In this document: positions 37,232-46,727 of the stretch, in pieces
Position numbering within the stretch: the first letter of the stretch is position 1
Layout of the letters: each line of letters begins with the position of its first letter
Translations under genes and position numbers: made by a program
Notes under the pieces: generated by a model
Told to the model about the DNA's origin: nothing
Databases searched by the model: none
What the model saw: the letters and a program-made list of their open reading frames with translations, nothing else
NCBI GenBank assembly: GCA_963724765.1
Contig: CAVRVY010000004.1
Coordinates: 1,408,001 to 1,472,000 of the forward strand
Origin: an uncultured delta proteobacterium
GTDB taxonomy: Bacteria; Desulfobacterota; Binatia; Binatales; Binataceae
Direction of reading: 5' to 3'
DNA: 64,000 nucleotides

Positions 37232-38866
37232 CTATGGGAAAAAGCTCGGCGGCGCGGTTCTGACGAGCTCTGGAATTCCGTCCAGGCGCGCGGCAGACGA
37301 ACCGGCGCGCGCAAACAACGCGCATATCGGGTCGCGGTAGATCAGGCGCCATTCGGCCTGCGCCATCATCAGTATATAAGCGGCCGACCCGGTCGGCATC
37401 AGCACGAAATCGTTTGGGTAGGCGTCGAGGACGCGTGCGGCGCCCGGCTCCGCGTAGTTGATTGCGGCAAAAACGCTTTGCACCTGATGCGGATAGTAGG
37501 CCTCGAAAATGCTCTCAATGAAAATCTTCCAACGTGCGGCATCGTGGAAGAGCAGATAGTCGGCCCATCCGAAATCGCTCAGCACGTTGCCGTGGAAATC
37601 ATGCTCCTGCATGAAAGCCAGCGCGCCCACTGGCTTGGCTTCGACCGCGGGCAGCGCTTTCGATAGTAGCCCGGTGTGGATCGCAAAACCAACCGCCAGC
37701 ACGGCAAGTGCGGCGTGCAACGCTTGCCAAATCCGCACCGGGCGCGCCACGTCGGCACTCGATGGAGACCGCAGGCGATCGATGAGCAGATCGGCATGGC
37801 GGCAGAGCGGAATACAACAAGCGATCACGGCCAGCGCCGTGTTGCGTACGGCGTAAAGCGCGCTGACCGTCATCAGCGCCGCGACCGCGAACAAGGCGAG
37901 ATCGTCGGCACGTGGTGTGAGCGCGAAGGTAACCAGGAGCCCGGCCATGATTGCGAGTGCGGAGATGAAGGTGAACAGCGGCCGATGGTTGCGGTGAAAA
38001 TCGACCACGACCGCCAACAGCGAGCGGAACTCGGAGATATGGCGCAGCGTGAAGGGATTGCGCAGCACGCCGGCGATCACGATCCAGTCCTTCATCCCAT
38101 AGGGGTTGAGGAGCGTAGCCAGCGTCGCCGCCGAAGTCAGCGCCGCGAGCTCAATCGCGCGGCTGAGCCCGCGCCCCTCGGCCAGGTCCTGTGTTGCGCG
38201 CACCGCCGTGTACAGGCCCATCGCCACCAGGCCGACGAAGAACCCGCCGTGCAGATTGGTCCACAGGGCGAGCATCGGCACCGCGAGCCACAGCCGTGCG
38301 CTACGGCCATAGCTCTCGCGCGCGAACATCGCCATCAATGCGGCCAGGCAGACGTCGTCGGCGAGGAAGGTGCGAAACTGCATGTGCGCGATGATTGCGA
38401 ATGCCGCCGCCAGCAACGTCAGCCCTTGCACTATCAGCGCCGCTCCGGTCTCGGCCATCCCCAGCGACAGCAACACCATCACCGCCGCGACGCATGCGAA
38501 CTTGGCGAGTTTGAGCCCGACCACGCCGGCCACGTTGTACACCAGCGCCATCAGGACCTCGCCCAGCCAGTCCACCATGATCCAATCTCGCGGACCCGGG
38601 GGGCAGGCATACGACGACGGTGCGTGGAAGAAGAATTGATGCCGCGTGAGGACGATATTGCCGAAATGGATATGGCCCCAGAGATCGGTATCCGCGGCGC
38701 GCATCGCGTCGGCGATCACGATCGCGAACAGCACCACCCCAGGCGCGGAGCGCAGCAGCGAGCGGCCGGGCGGTTGCGAACCGGCTTCCGGCGGCGCGTC
38801 GATGGCAGCGCGGCGCGGCGATGATAGACCAGCGCTCCGCGGCGCCTGCTCAAGACTCCCCCCCAA
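37232..38866 (-). CDS. Polytopic membrane protein, GT-C-like (start uncertain)
   Basis: DTDLWGHIHFG loop after TM1, LWTNLHGGF, LLNPYG, about 11 TM helices. Confidence 0.75.
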   Translation of the reverse strand: MGGSLEQAPRSAGLSSPRRAAIDAPPEAGSQPPGRSLLRSAPGVVLFAIVIADAMRAADTDLWGHIHFGNIVLTRHQFFFHAPSSYACPPGPRDWIMVDWLGEVLMALVYNVAGVVGLKLAKFACVAAVMVLLSLGMAETGAALIVQGLTLLAAAFAIIAHMQFRTFLADDVCLAALMAMFARESYGRSARLWLAVPMLALWTNLHGGFFVGLVAMGLYTAVRATQDLAEGRGLSRAIELAALTSAATLATLLNPYGMKDWIVIAGVLRNPFTLRHISEFRSLLAVVVDFHRNHRPLFTFISALAIMAGLLVTFALTPRADDLALFAVAALMTVSALYAVRNTALAVIACCIPLCRHADLLIDRLRSPSSADVARPVRIWQALHAALAVLAVGFAIHTGLLSKALPAVEAKPVGALAFMQEHDFHGNVLSDFGWADYLLFHDAARWKIFIESIFEAYYPHQVQSVFAAINYAEPGAARVLDAYPNDFVLMPTGSAAYILMMAQAEWRLIYRDPICALFARAGSSAARLDGIPELVRTAPPSFFP

Positions 38867-39099
38867 GACCTCACCTCCGCCCGATTGCCGGGCGCCGACG
38901 TTGCAGCGGCCAGTGCGGCCTTAAGAACCGCGGCTCCGCTCCCCACGGCTGACACTCTAACGGTGCGCGGCGAAAGCGTCAAAACGAAGCGCTGCCGGTC
39001 TGCGGCACATGCCGAAACGGCTCACCACGCGTAGGGCAGACGTCAGGGACGCCGCTACAACTCGGAGCCGCCGGAGCGACGCCGGCAAATCGTGGGCTG

Positions 39100-39151
39100 A
39101 AATAAAGTACGCCCCGAACCCGGCGCGACATTGCGCGCGGGGTGCGGGGCG
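39100..39151 (-). terminator. Probable intrinsic terminator after the VOC gene
   Basis: Imperfect GC hairpin CGCCCCG...CGGGGCG followed on the minus strand by TACTTTATTT. Confidence 0.45.
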
Positions 39152-39186
39152 ATAAGTCGAGCGATACGTCTTGCGGATCGAAACTT

Positions 39187-39780
39187 TCAGGTTTGCGGTG
39201 GGCGCGATTTGGCCTCGGCGCGCCATTCGTTGTTGGTGCTGCGGTCGCCCGCAAGCCACTTGCGCAGGTCCTCATGCGCGCTGGCGGAGCGTTTGGCCGC
39301 AATCTTGTCGGCCGCGGGATGATCGACTGTGAACTCGAGGTTCAAACCATTAGGGTCGGTGACATAGAGCGACACGCAATAGCCATGGTCGATAACCATG
39401 GTCTCGTGGCCGGCGGCTTCGAGCCGGCGCTGCATCTCCTGCTGGCCGGGCGCGTCGGCCACCTTCAGCGCCAGGTGAACAAACGGTGAGTGCGGTCCGT
39501 AGTGCGCGAATTTTTCGTGCTGCTTGGGATTGGCGAAATGAAAGAACGCCAGCGCTCCGCCGTCGGCGATCTGGAAAAACAGATGGCAGTAATACAGTTC
39601 GTCCTCGCCGAACACCTTATCGCACTCGCGCCAGGCCGCGACCATCGGCCAGCCCAATATGTCCTCGTAAAACTTCCGCGTCTGCTCGAGGTCGCGGCAG
39701 ACGTAGGCCGCGTGATGCAGCCGCGTCGGAACCGTGTCCAGTTTGCCGCGCCCCTGACCGTTGGTTTGCGTTGTGCTCAT
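39187..39780 (-). CDS. VOC/glyoxalase-family protein
   Basis: RLHHAAY, FYEDILG, HLFF...DG..LAFF, HLAL, SLYVTDPNGLNLEFT. Confidence 0.92.
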   Translation of the reverse strand: MSTTQTNGQGRGKLDTVPTRLHHAAYVCRDLEQTRKFYEDILGWPMVAAWRECDKVFGEDELYYCHLFFQIADGGALAFFHFANPKQHEKFAHYGPHSPFVHLALKVADAPGQQEMQRRLEAAGHETMVIDHGYCVSLYVTDPNGLNLEFTVDHPAADKIAAKRSASAHEDLRKWLAGDRSTNNEWRAEAKSRPPQT

Positions 39781-39805
39781 GGTGATTTGCCCTCGTAACC
39801 CGTTT

Positions 39806-40378
39806 CTAATCCTTGTACCGGGCCTCGCGCAACGGGACTCGGCGGTCTGCCGGTTGTAGGTCCTGGCGCGCGGACCCAGCGTCCCGAACCGCGTCGGCGT
39901 CTAGGTTGCGCTTGATGCAATCGAGCTGCTCACGCAGCAGCGGTATTTTCTTGGGCGATATTCCTGCCAGCGCGACCTGGTTCACTTCCATCGCGTAGGG
40001 CAGCAGCACTTCGCGCAGCCGCCGGCCTTCGTCGGTGAGACGGATATTGACCTTGCGCCGGTCCTCGGAGTTGCGCGTGCGGCTAATAAGCCCGCGCCGC
40101 TCCATGCTTTCCAGCGCGGTCGCCGTGGTCGGCTCCATCATCCTCACCCGTCGGCTGAGCTCGCGCTGGGTAAGCCCGTCTTCCTCCCACAGCGCGCGCA
40201 GGAAGTACCACATCCCGATACTCACGCGATGCCTCGATACGCGCGCACCCAGGGCGCGGAGAAAGGCGCGATGGGTTTCGCGCACCAGGTAACCGACGCT
40301 CTGGTCGGGCGGAAAATCCGCGCCGGACTTCCGGGCCGGCGGCGCCGCCGCCTTGGAAGCCGCCGCCTTGGTCGTCAT
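39806..40378 (-). CDS. MarR-family transcriptional regulator (alternative start 40411)
   Basis: SVGYLVR, LWEEDGLTQRELS, MERRGLI.R....DRRK...LT..G. Divergent from the Rieske operon. Confidence 0.93.
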   Translation of the reverse strand: MTTKAAASKAAAPPARKSGADFPPDQSVGYLVRETHRAFLRALGARVSRHRVSIGMWYFLRALWEEDGLTQRELSRRVRMMEPTTATALESMERRGLISRTRNSEDRRKVNIRLTDEGRRLREVLLPYAMEVNQVALAGISPKKIPLLREQLDCIKRNLDADAVRDAGSARQDLQPADRRVPLREARYKD

Positions 40379-40533
40379 TGCTCTTCCATTGTTCACGCTA
40401 TGCCGGTTCATTTCTGCGCTTCGTTCAGCCCTTCGCGATCAACGCTTGTCGAAGACTCTGCCATAGCCCGCAGCATAGCAGGCGCTCCGCCCCGAGCTTA
40501 TGCGGTCTTGACGAATAGCCGGGAGGGGGACTA

Positions 40534-40587
40534 CTAAGAATACTTAGATATCTTTGCATTAGATATCCTGGCGTTTAGAAAGCTTGG
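40534..40587. promoter_or_regulatory. Tandem candidate MarR operators upstream of the Rieske operon
   Basis: CTTAG-ATAT-CTTTG (40543), ATTAG-ATAT-CCTGG (40558), TTTAG-AAAG-CTTGG (40574), plus a CTAAG half-site at 40534. Confidence 0.6.
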
Positions 40588-40652
40588 CATTTGGCGCACT
40601 TGCCTGCGAGCAAAGCTGACCGGCGCGCCGCCTTATTATACGGAGCGTTCAC

Positions 40653-41900
40653 GTGGAAGCAGTCGCGCAAAACTCCCCGAAAAATTCCCGTCGCTGGCCG
40701 CCCGAGGGTCTGGGCCGCGTCCCCTACTGGGTCTACAGCGATCCTGAGGTCTATGCCCTGGAGCAGACGCGCATTTTTTCCGGCCCGTACTGGAACTACG
40801 TCGCGCTCGAGGCTGAAATTCCGAAGCCCGGAGATTTTGTCCGCAGCCACGTCGGCGAACGCCCGGTAATCGTGGTGCGCGACAAGCACGGCGGTATCAA
40901 TGTAATGCTCAACCGCTGCGCCCATCGCGGCGTCCAGTTCTGCCGCGCCAACTGGGGCAACACGCGCTCATTCACCTGCCCCTACCACCAGTGGAGCTAC
41001 GATCTGAAGGGCAATCTCACCGGAGTGCCGTTTCGCCGCGGCGTCAACGAGAATGGCGGGATGCCCGGGGATTTCGATCCGTCGCAAAACGGGCTGACGC
41101 GCCTCGAGGTCGCGGCGCGCCACGGCGTGATCTTCGCCAGCTTCGATTCCGCCGTACCGCCGCTGGAGAAGTATCTCGGCCCCGCGATGCTGCCATATTT
41201 CGATCGCGTCTTCGACGGACGCGAGTTGCGCGTGCTCGGCTATTCGCGCCAGCGCATCCCCGCCAACTGGAAGCTGATGTTCGAGAACATCAAGGATCCC
41301 TATCACGCGAGCCTGCTCCACGTGTTCCTGGTCACCTTCGGCTTGTTCCGCGCCGACCAGCCCTCGGCGGTGAAGATGGACTCGAGCGGGATGCATTGCG
41401 TGCTCACCTCCAGCAAGGGCGAACAGAAGCTCAACGCGACCACCAAGGAAATGAAAAACTTCCGCGCCGACTTCAAGCTCAACGACCCGCGGCTACTCGA
41501 CCCGGTGCGCGAGTTTCCCGGCGCGGCCACGGTCGTGATGCAAACGCTGTGGCCCAACATCATCATCCAGCAGCAATCGAACACGCTCGCGATGCGCCAC
41601 CTGGTGCCGCGCGGCCCCGAACTCTTCGACCTGATGTGGACGTTCTTCGGCTATGCGAACGACACGCCTGAAATGACCCAGCGCCGCCTGCGCCAGGCGA
41701 ACCTGATGGGGCCCGCCGGACTGGTTTCGATCGACGACGGCGAGGTGATGGAGTTCTCGCAGCAGGGCGTCCGCCAGCGTCCCGGCGGCGCAGGCATGCT
41801 CGAGATGGGCGGTCGCGGCACGGACGACGAGGATCACATGGTGACCGAGGCGGCGATCCGCGCCTTCTACAAACATTACCGCGCGGTGATGGAGTTCTGA
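40653..41900 (+). CDS. Rieske ring-hydroxylating oxygenase alpha subunit, salicylate hydroxylase (NagG)-like
   Basis: CAHRG...CPYHQW Rieske motif, ENIKDPYHASLLH, QANLMGPAG.VS.DD, DHMVTE. Closely follows the NagG sequence pattern as I recall it. Confidence 0.93.
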   Translation: MEAVAQNSPKNSRRWPPEGLGRVPYWVYSDPEVYALEQTRIFSGPYWNYVALEAEIPKPGDFVRSHVGERPVIVVRDKHGGINVMLNRCAHRGVQFCRANWGNTRSFTCPYHQWSYDLKGNLTGVPFRRGVNENGGMPGDFDPSQNGLTRLEVAARHGVIFASFDSAVPPLEKYLGPAMLPYFDRVFDGRELRVLGYSRQRIPANWKLMFENIKDPYHASLLHVFLVTFGLFRADQPSAVKMDSSGMHCVLTSSKGEQKLNATTKEMKNFRADFKLNDPRLLDPVREFPGAATVVMQTLWPNIIIQQQSNTLAMRHLVPRGPELFDLMWTFFGYANDTPEMTQRRLRQANLMGPAGLVSIDDGEVMEFSQQGVRQRPGGAGMLEMGGRGTDDEDHMVTEAAIRAFYKHYRAVMEF

Positions 41901-41905
41901 TCCCG

Positions 41906-42400
41906 ATGGCGCGCGCGCAGCAGGACTTGCAAAACTTCGCCTTGCGGCTCGAAATCGAAGAGCTGTTCACCGAGTACGCTCACGCGCTGGACAACGGCGA
42001 GCTGGAGCAGTGGCCGGAGTTTTTCACCGACGATTGCCTCTATCAGATAGTCTCGCGCGAGAATCGTGAGCGCGCTCTGCCGCTCGCGCTGATGCGATGC
42101 GAGAGCAAGGCGATGCTGACCGATCGCGTGGTGACGATCCGCCAAACCCAGATGTTCGCGCCGCGCGCCCTGCGCCACCTGGTCAGTTCGCTCAGGATCG
42201 CACCCGCGACGGCCGACGGTGTCGACGTGCAGGCCAACTACGCCGTGCTGCAAACTCTGGTCGACGACGAAACCCGTATCCTGAGCGCGGGCCGTTATAT
42301 CGATACGCTCGTGCGCGACGGCGACGTGCTCAAATTCAAATCGCGGACCTGCGTGTACGACACCGTCTTGGTGCCGAACTCGCTGATTTATCCTCTATAA
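41906..42400 (+). CDS. Ring-hydroxylating oxygenase beta subunit (NagH-like)
   Basis: YA.ALD....E.WPEFF...C.Y....REN....LPL, ML.DRV, VYDT.LVPNSLIYPL. Confidence 0.93.
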   Translation: MARAQQDLQNFALRLEIEELFTEYAHALDNGELEQWPEFFTDDCLYQIVSRENRERALPLALMRCESKAMLTDRVVTIRQTQMFAPRALRHLVSSLRIAPATADGVDVQANYAVLQTLVDDETRILSAGRYIDTLVRDGDVLKFKSRTCVYDTVLVPNSLIYPL

Positions 42401-42475
42401 ACGAGCAGCCCCCTATAAGCGACGAACGCCACTGTGAACGATTATGCTATTGCAAATTTCCACTGAGGCGGCGCG

Positions 42476-43477
42476 ATGAACGTTCAGGCGCTATGGATAA
42501 CGGAGGCGGAGGTCGCCGCGCTCGTCGACATGGGCGATGCGATCGCGGCGCTGGAACGTGGGCTCTCGGCGGAGGCTGCGAGCGCCGCTGTCAACATGGT
42601 AAAGACTCATACCACGTTCGGCCATGACGACACGTTGCACGCGATCGGCGCAACGATGCTCGCCGAGGGCGTGGTCGGCACCAAGACCTGGGCACACACC
42701 GAGGGCGGCGCGAATCCGCTGCTGATCCTGTTCGACGCGCGCAACGGCCAGCTAATTGCAGTGATCGAAGCGTTCGCGCTGGGACAGTTGCGCACCGCGG
42801 CAATCAGCGGGCTCGCCACACGATGGCTCTCCGCGCCGGGAGCCTCCGAAATGGCGCTCATCGGCACGGGCAAACAGGCGCTCGCGCAGGTCGCGGCGAT
42901 CGCCGCGGTGCGCAAGCTGCGGCGCGTGCGGGTGGCCAGCCGCAATCCCGAAAACGCCGCGGCCTTCGCCAAGCGCGCGAGCGCGGAATTGAAATTGGAA
43001 GTCGAACCCGCCGCCACTATCGCCGCCGCCGTGAAGGACGCTGATATTATAACTTTGGTCACGCGCGCGACCGCGCCCTTTTTGCAATCCGCGATGGTCG
43101 CGCCGGGAGCGCATATCAATGCGGTCGGGGCCGTCGTGCCCGAGCGCGCAGAGTTCGAGCCGTCGATGCTCGCGCGATGCGCCGTCGTGGCGGCCGACAC
43201 CGTGCCAGGAGTGCGCGGCCTCTCGCGCGAATTCATCGAGTTCTTCGGCAACGACGATCGCGCGTGGGACGCCGTGCTCGCGCTCAGCCGCGTGATAGCG
43301 GCGGGCAAAGGTCGCCCAGCGGGAGCGGACCTGACGCTGTTCAAGGCGATGGGTATGGGAATTTCGGATCTCTCGATCGGCGTCGAAGTTCTGCGCCGCG
43401 CGCGCGCCAACAGCGTCGGACGGCCATTGGCTCCAACGCTTCGGGCCAAGCCGCGGCTCGGCGGCGGAAAAGCATAA
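42476..43477 (+). CDS. Ornithine cyclodeaminase / mu-crystallin family protein
   Basis: LFDA..G...A, LGQLRTAA.S, IGTGKQA, G.HINAVGA, T.FKAMGMG.SD. Confidence 0.9.
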   Translation: MNVQALWITEAEVAALVDMGDAIAALERGLSAEAASAAVNMVKTHTTFGHDDTLHAIGATMLAEGVVGTKTWAHTEGGANPLLILFDARNGQLIAVIEAFALGQLRTAAISGLATRWLSAPGASEMALIGTGKQALAQVAAIAAVRKLRRVRVASRNPENAAAFAKRASAELKLEVEPAATIAAAVKDADIITLVTRATAPFLQSAMVAPGAHINAVGAVVPERAEFEPSMLARCAVVAADTVPGVRGLSREFIEFFGNDDRAWDAVLALSRVIAAGKGRPAGADLTLFKAMGMGISDLSIGVEVLRRARANSVGRPLAPTLRAKPRLGGGKA

Positions 43478-43533
43478 ACCGGCGCCGGCTCACAGAATTC
43501 GGCGTCTAAAAATTCAAGTGCGAGGCAATACCA

Positions 43534-44622
43534 ATGAGCGAAAACAAATTCCGATTCGTCGATCGCAGCGGTTACGTCACTCCCAAGCTTGATCTGTGGC
43601 CATCGATCGTCATCTCCAAGGAAGAGATCGAAGCCGAGGTGAATCGGCTGGCGAGCCTGCCGCCACCGGCCAATGGACGGCGCCGCTCGCTCATCGTTCA
43701 TCCCAACGAAAACGGCACCGGCCTTGCCCCCGGCATCCAGGTCGCGCTCGACGTGCTCAAGCCGGGCGAGCGCACCAAGCCGATCCGCCACAACTCCTCG
43801 CAGGTCAACTTCTGCATCCGCGGCCGCGGACATGCGGTGGTCAACGGCAGGCAAATCAACTTCAGCCAGTACGACGTCTGGAACACGCCCTCGCTGAACG
43901 TCTACCAAAACTTCAACGATAGCGACGAGGTGCAGGTGCGGTTGACTTACAGCAACGCCGCGCTGCTGGAAAAGATGAACGCGCATATCGTCGAGGAAAA
44001 TCCGCCGGCCGAAGAGATCAAGGGCGAGGCCCCGTCCGGCGAGCCTGACGCGCGCCACGTCAACCCGTTCGGCACCTTCGCACTCAACAACGATGGCGCG
44101 TACCTGCTGCCCTACGAAAAGCTGATAAGTCCCGACGTGATCGAATCGCCCGTGCTGTTCTGGCCATGGCGTCAGGTCAAGGAGCATCTCGACAAGTTGC
44201 AGGCGCTCGGTTCGTCCTACGTCGGACGGCGCCTATACCTGCTGTATAACCCGGCCACCGGACGCACCAACGGCACGACGCACAACTTTTTCGCGACCAT
44301 GACTGTGCGTCCGCCGCACATCGTCGACAAACCGCATCGCCACGCCGCCGCCGCCATCAATTACTATTTCTCGGGCAGCGGCTACAGCACGGTGCAGGGC
44401 AAGGTACTGCCGTGGAAAGCGGGCGACCTGATGCTGTCGGCGCCGGGCTGGGCGGTCCACAATCACGCCTCGAACGACGAGCCAGTGTACGAACTGACTA
44501 TCCAGGACAGTCCGCTCCACATCGCGATGGATTCGCTGATGTGGCAGGAAGATCTGAAACATCCGGCACGCCTGTTGGGCTCGAGCTACGGCTTCGACAC
44601 CAACCGGGTCAAGGTCGCCTAG
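43534..44622 (+). CDS. Bicupin, gentisate/1-hydroxy-2-naphthoate 1,2-dioxygenase-like
   Basis: RRSL..HP, L.PGE....RH, C-terminal cupin HRH...PGWAVHNH, QD.PL. Confidence 0.8.
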   Translation: MSENKFRFVDRSGYVTPKLDLWPSIVISKEEIEAEVNRLASLPPPANGRRRSLIVHPNENGTGLAPGIQVALDVLKPGERTKPIRHNSSQVNFCIRGRGHAVVNGRQINFSQYDVWNTPSLNVYQNFNDSDEVQVRLTYSNAALLEKMNAHIVEENPPAEEIKGEAPSGEPDARHVNPFGTFALNNDGAYLLPYEKLISPDVIESPVLFWPWRQVKEHLDKLQALGSSYVGRRLYLLYNPATGRTNGTTHNFFATMTVRPPHIVDKPHRHAAAAINYYFSGSGYSTVQGKVLPWKAGDLMLSAPGWAVHNHASNDEPVYELTIQDSPLHIAMDSLMWQEDLKHPARLLGSSYGFDTNRVKVA

Positions 44623-44626
44623 CGTT

Positions 44627-45538
44627 ATGCTGGCGCTTAACCGGAATTTTCTTCGCGGCTCCTACCCTCCGCTGGTCACGCCGTTTCGCGGCGGCGCCGT
44701 GGAATACGACGCGTATGCGCGGATGGTCGCGCGACAGGTGGCCGAAGGCTCGCACGGAATCGTCGTCAACGGCACAACCGCCGAGCCGAGCACGCTCAGC
44801 ATCGACGAGCGCAACGAGTTGGTGCGGCTCGCGGTGCAAACCGCGCGCGGCCGCATCCCAGTCGTCGCCGCCACCGGCTCGCAATCGCATGCCGACACGA
44901 TTGAGCTCACCGCCGCCGCGCAAGAAGCGGGCGCCGACGCGGTCCTGGTCGTGACGCCATACTTCATCCGGCCGCCGCAGCGCGGCCTGGTCGAATACTA
45001 TGTCGATATCGGCCGGCGGACGCGGCTGCCGATGCTCATCTACCACATACCCGGACGCGCGGCGGTGAACGTCGAGGCCGCCACCATCGAGCGCATCGCC
45101 GAGCGCACCCCCAACCTGGTCGGGATGAAGCACGCGGCCAACGATCTCGCGCTGGTCACCCAGGTGCTCGCGCGGATGGGCAACGATTTCCGCATCTTCG
45201 TCGGATTGGAAGAGCTGAGTTTTCCGATGATGGCGATCGGCGCGTGCGGCCTGATGAATGCCGCGGGCAACTTGAAACCCGGGGCGCTCGCGCAGATGTG
45301 CGAGGACGTATTCGCCGAGCGTCTCGCGCCGGCACGCACCGCGCACGACGCGCTGTTCGAGCTCAACCAGGCGATCTTCTTCGACACCAATCCCACGCCG
45401 CTCAAATACATGATGAAACGGATGGGGCTGCTCGAAACCGAGGAACATCGTCTGCCGATGATGCCGGCGACGCCGGAGCTCGCCGCGCGGCTTGACGGCG
45501 TGCTTACGCGAGCCGGCCTGATTGGAGCAAATGCCTGA
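44627..45538 (+). CDS. DapA-family aldolase (HpaI-like, probably catabolic)
   Basis: RGSYPPLVTPF, NGTTAE, YHIPGR, GMKHA (Schiff-base Lys), TNP.PLK. Confidence 0.88.
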   Translation: MLALNRNFLRGSYPPLVTPFRGGAVEYDAYARMVARQVAEGSHGIVVNGTTAEPSTLSIDERNELVRLAVQTARGRIPVVAATGSQSHADTIELTAAAQEAGADAVLVVTPYFIRPPQRGLVEYYVDIGRRTRLPMLIYHIPGRAAVNVEAATIERIAERTPNLVGMKHAANDLALVTQVLARMGNDFRIFVGLEELSFPMMAIGACGLMNAAGNLKPGALAQMCEDVFAERLAPARTAHDALFELNQAIFFDTNPTPLKYMMKRMGLLETEEHRLPMMPATPELAARLDGVLTRAGLIGANA

Positions 45539-45569
45539 TCGGGGCAAATGCGTGATTGGAGTGAGTTGA

Positions 45570-46703
45570 ATGAGCAGGGACAAAGGCGCGGACGAACCTC
45601 GGCGCAAAACCAATCCGCTCTTCAACGACCGCAAGCTCAAGCTCGGCACGTTCTCGAGCAACCTGAGCCACGGATGCGCGATCACCACGATCGATGGCGT
45701 GCTGAAGGCCGACTGGCAGAGCACGCTCACGCTGGCACGGCTCGCGGATGAGATGGAGTTCGAGGCCCTGGTGCCGGTCGGCCGCTGGAAGGGCTTCGGC
45801 GGCGTGACGAATTTCAATGGCGCCGGCTTCGAGCCGTACACCTGGGCCGCCGCGATCGGCGCCGCGACAAAATATCCAGCCGTCTTCGCGACCTCGCACG
45901 TGCCGACGATGCATCCGATCATGGCCGCCAAGCAGGCGACGACCATCGATCACGTCACCGGCGGCCGCTTCGCGCTCAACGTCGTCACCGGATGGTTTCT
46001 GCCGGAGATCGAGATGTTCGGCGCGCCGCAGATGGATCACGATCTTCGGTACGATTGCGCAGTCGAGTGGCTCGACATCATCAAGCGCCTCTGGACCGAG
46101 GACGAGGAATTCGACTACAGCGGCAAGTACTACCAGATTAAAAAGGGGATTCTGCGTCCCAAGCCGATCCAGGCGCCATATCCGGTCGTCATGAATGCGG
46201 GCGGTTCGGACAAGGGGCGGCACTACGCGGCCAAATATTGCGACGTGGCGTTCGTCATTTTCGATCCCGACGATGCCGCCGGCGCCAGAGCCCGAGTCAG
46301 GAGCTATCGGGAACTTGCGCAGCGGGAATACGGCCGCGACCTCCAGTTGTGGACCGCCGCCTACGTGGTCCAGGGAGAGACGGAAAAGGCGGCCCGGGAT
46401 TTCTTCGATTACTACGTCCATCAAAAAGGCGATTGGGTCGCGGTGACCAACCTGGTCGAAACCATGGGCATCAACGCGAAAATTCTGCCGCCTGAGACGT
46501 TGCGATCGATGAAGACCCACTTCATCGCGGGATGGGGCGGCTATCCGCTCGTCGGCACCAACGAACAGATCGTCGAAGGGCTGGAGCGGCTATCCGAGAT
46601 GGGTCTCGATGGCGCGGTGCTTTCGTGGCCGCGTTATATCGAGGGTATGCGGCAATTCAAACAGGAAATCATGCCGCTCGTGAGGCAGGCTGGGCTTCGT
46701 TAG
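45570..46703 (+). CDS. Luciferase-like (LLM) flavin-dependent monooxygenase
   Basis: E.LVPVGRWKGFGG, HP..AAKQ..TIDH..GGRF.LN.V.GW, NAGGS..G..YAA. Confidence 0.92.
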   Translation: MSRDKGADEPRRKTNPLFNDRKLKLGTFSSNLSHGCAITTIDGVLKADWQSTLTLARLADEMEFEALVPVGRWKGFGGVTNFNGAGFEPYTWAAAIGAATKYPAVFATSHVPTMHPIMAAKQATTIDHVTGGRFALNVVTGWFLPEIEMFGAPQMDHDLRYDCAVEWLDIIKRLWTEDEEFDYSGKYYQIKKGILRPKPIQAPYPVVMNAGGSDKGRHYAAKYCDVAFVIFDPDDAAGARARVRSYRELAQREYGRDLQLWTAAYVVQGETEKAARDFFDYYVHQKGDWVAVTNLVETMGINAKILPPETLRSMKTHFIAGWGGYPLVGTNEQIVEGLERLSEMGLDGAVLSWPRYIEGMRQFKQEIMPLVRQAGLR

Positions 46704-46727
46704 AACGCGCGCAAGGAGAAATTTCGG

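Noticed and set aside
44627-45538. Housekeeping dapA (lysine biosynthesis)
   Set aside because: It sits inside an aromatic catabolic operon and has HpaI-like features (GTTAE, YHIPGR), so a catabolic aldolase is more likely.
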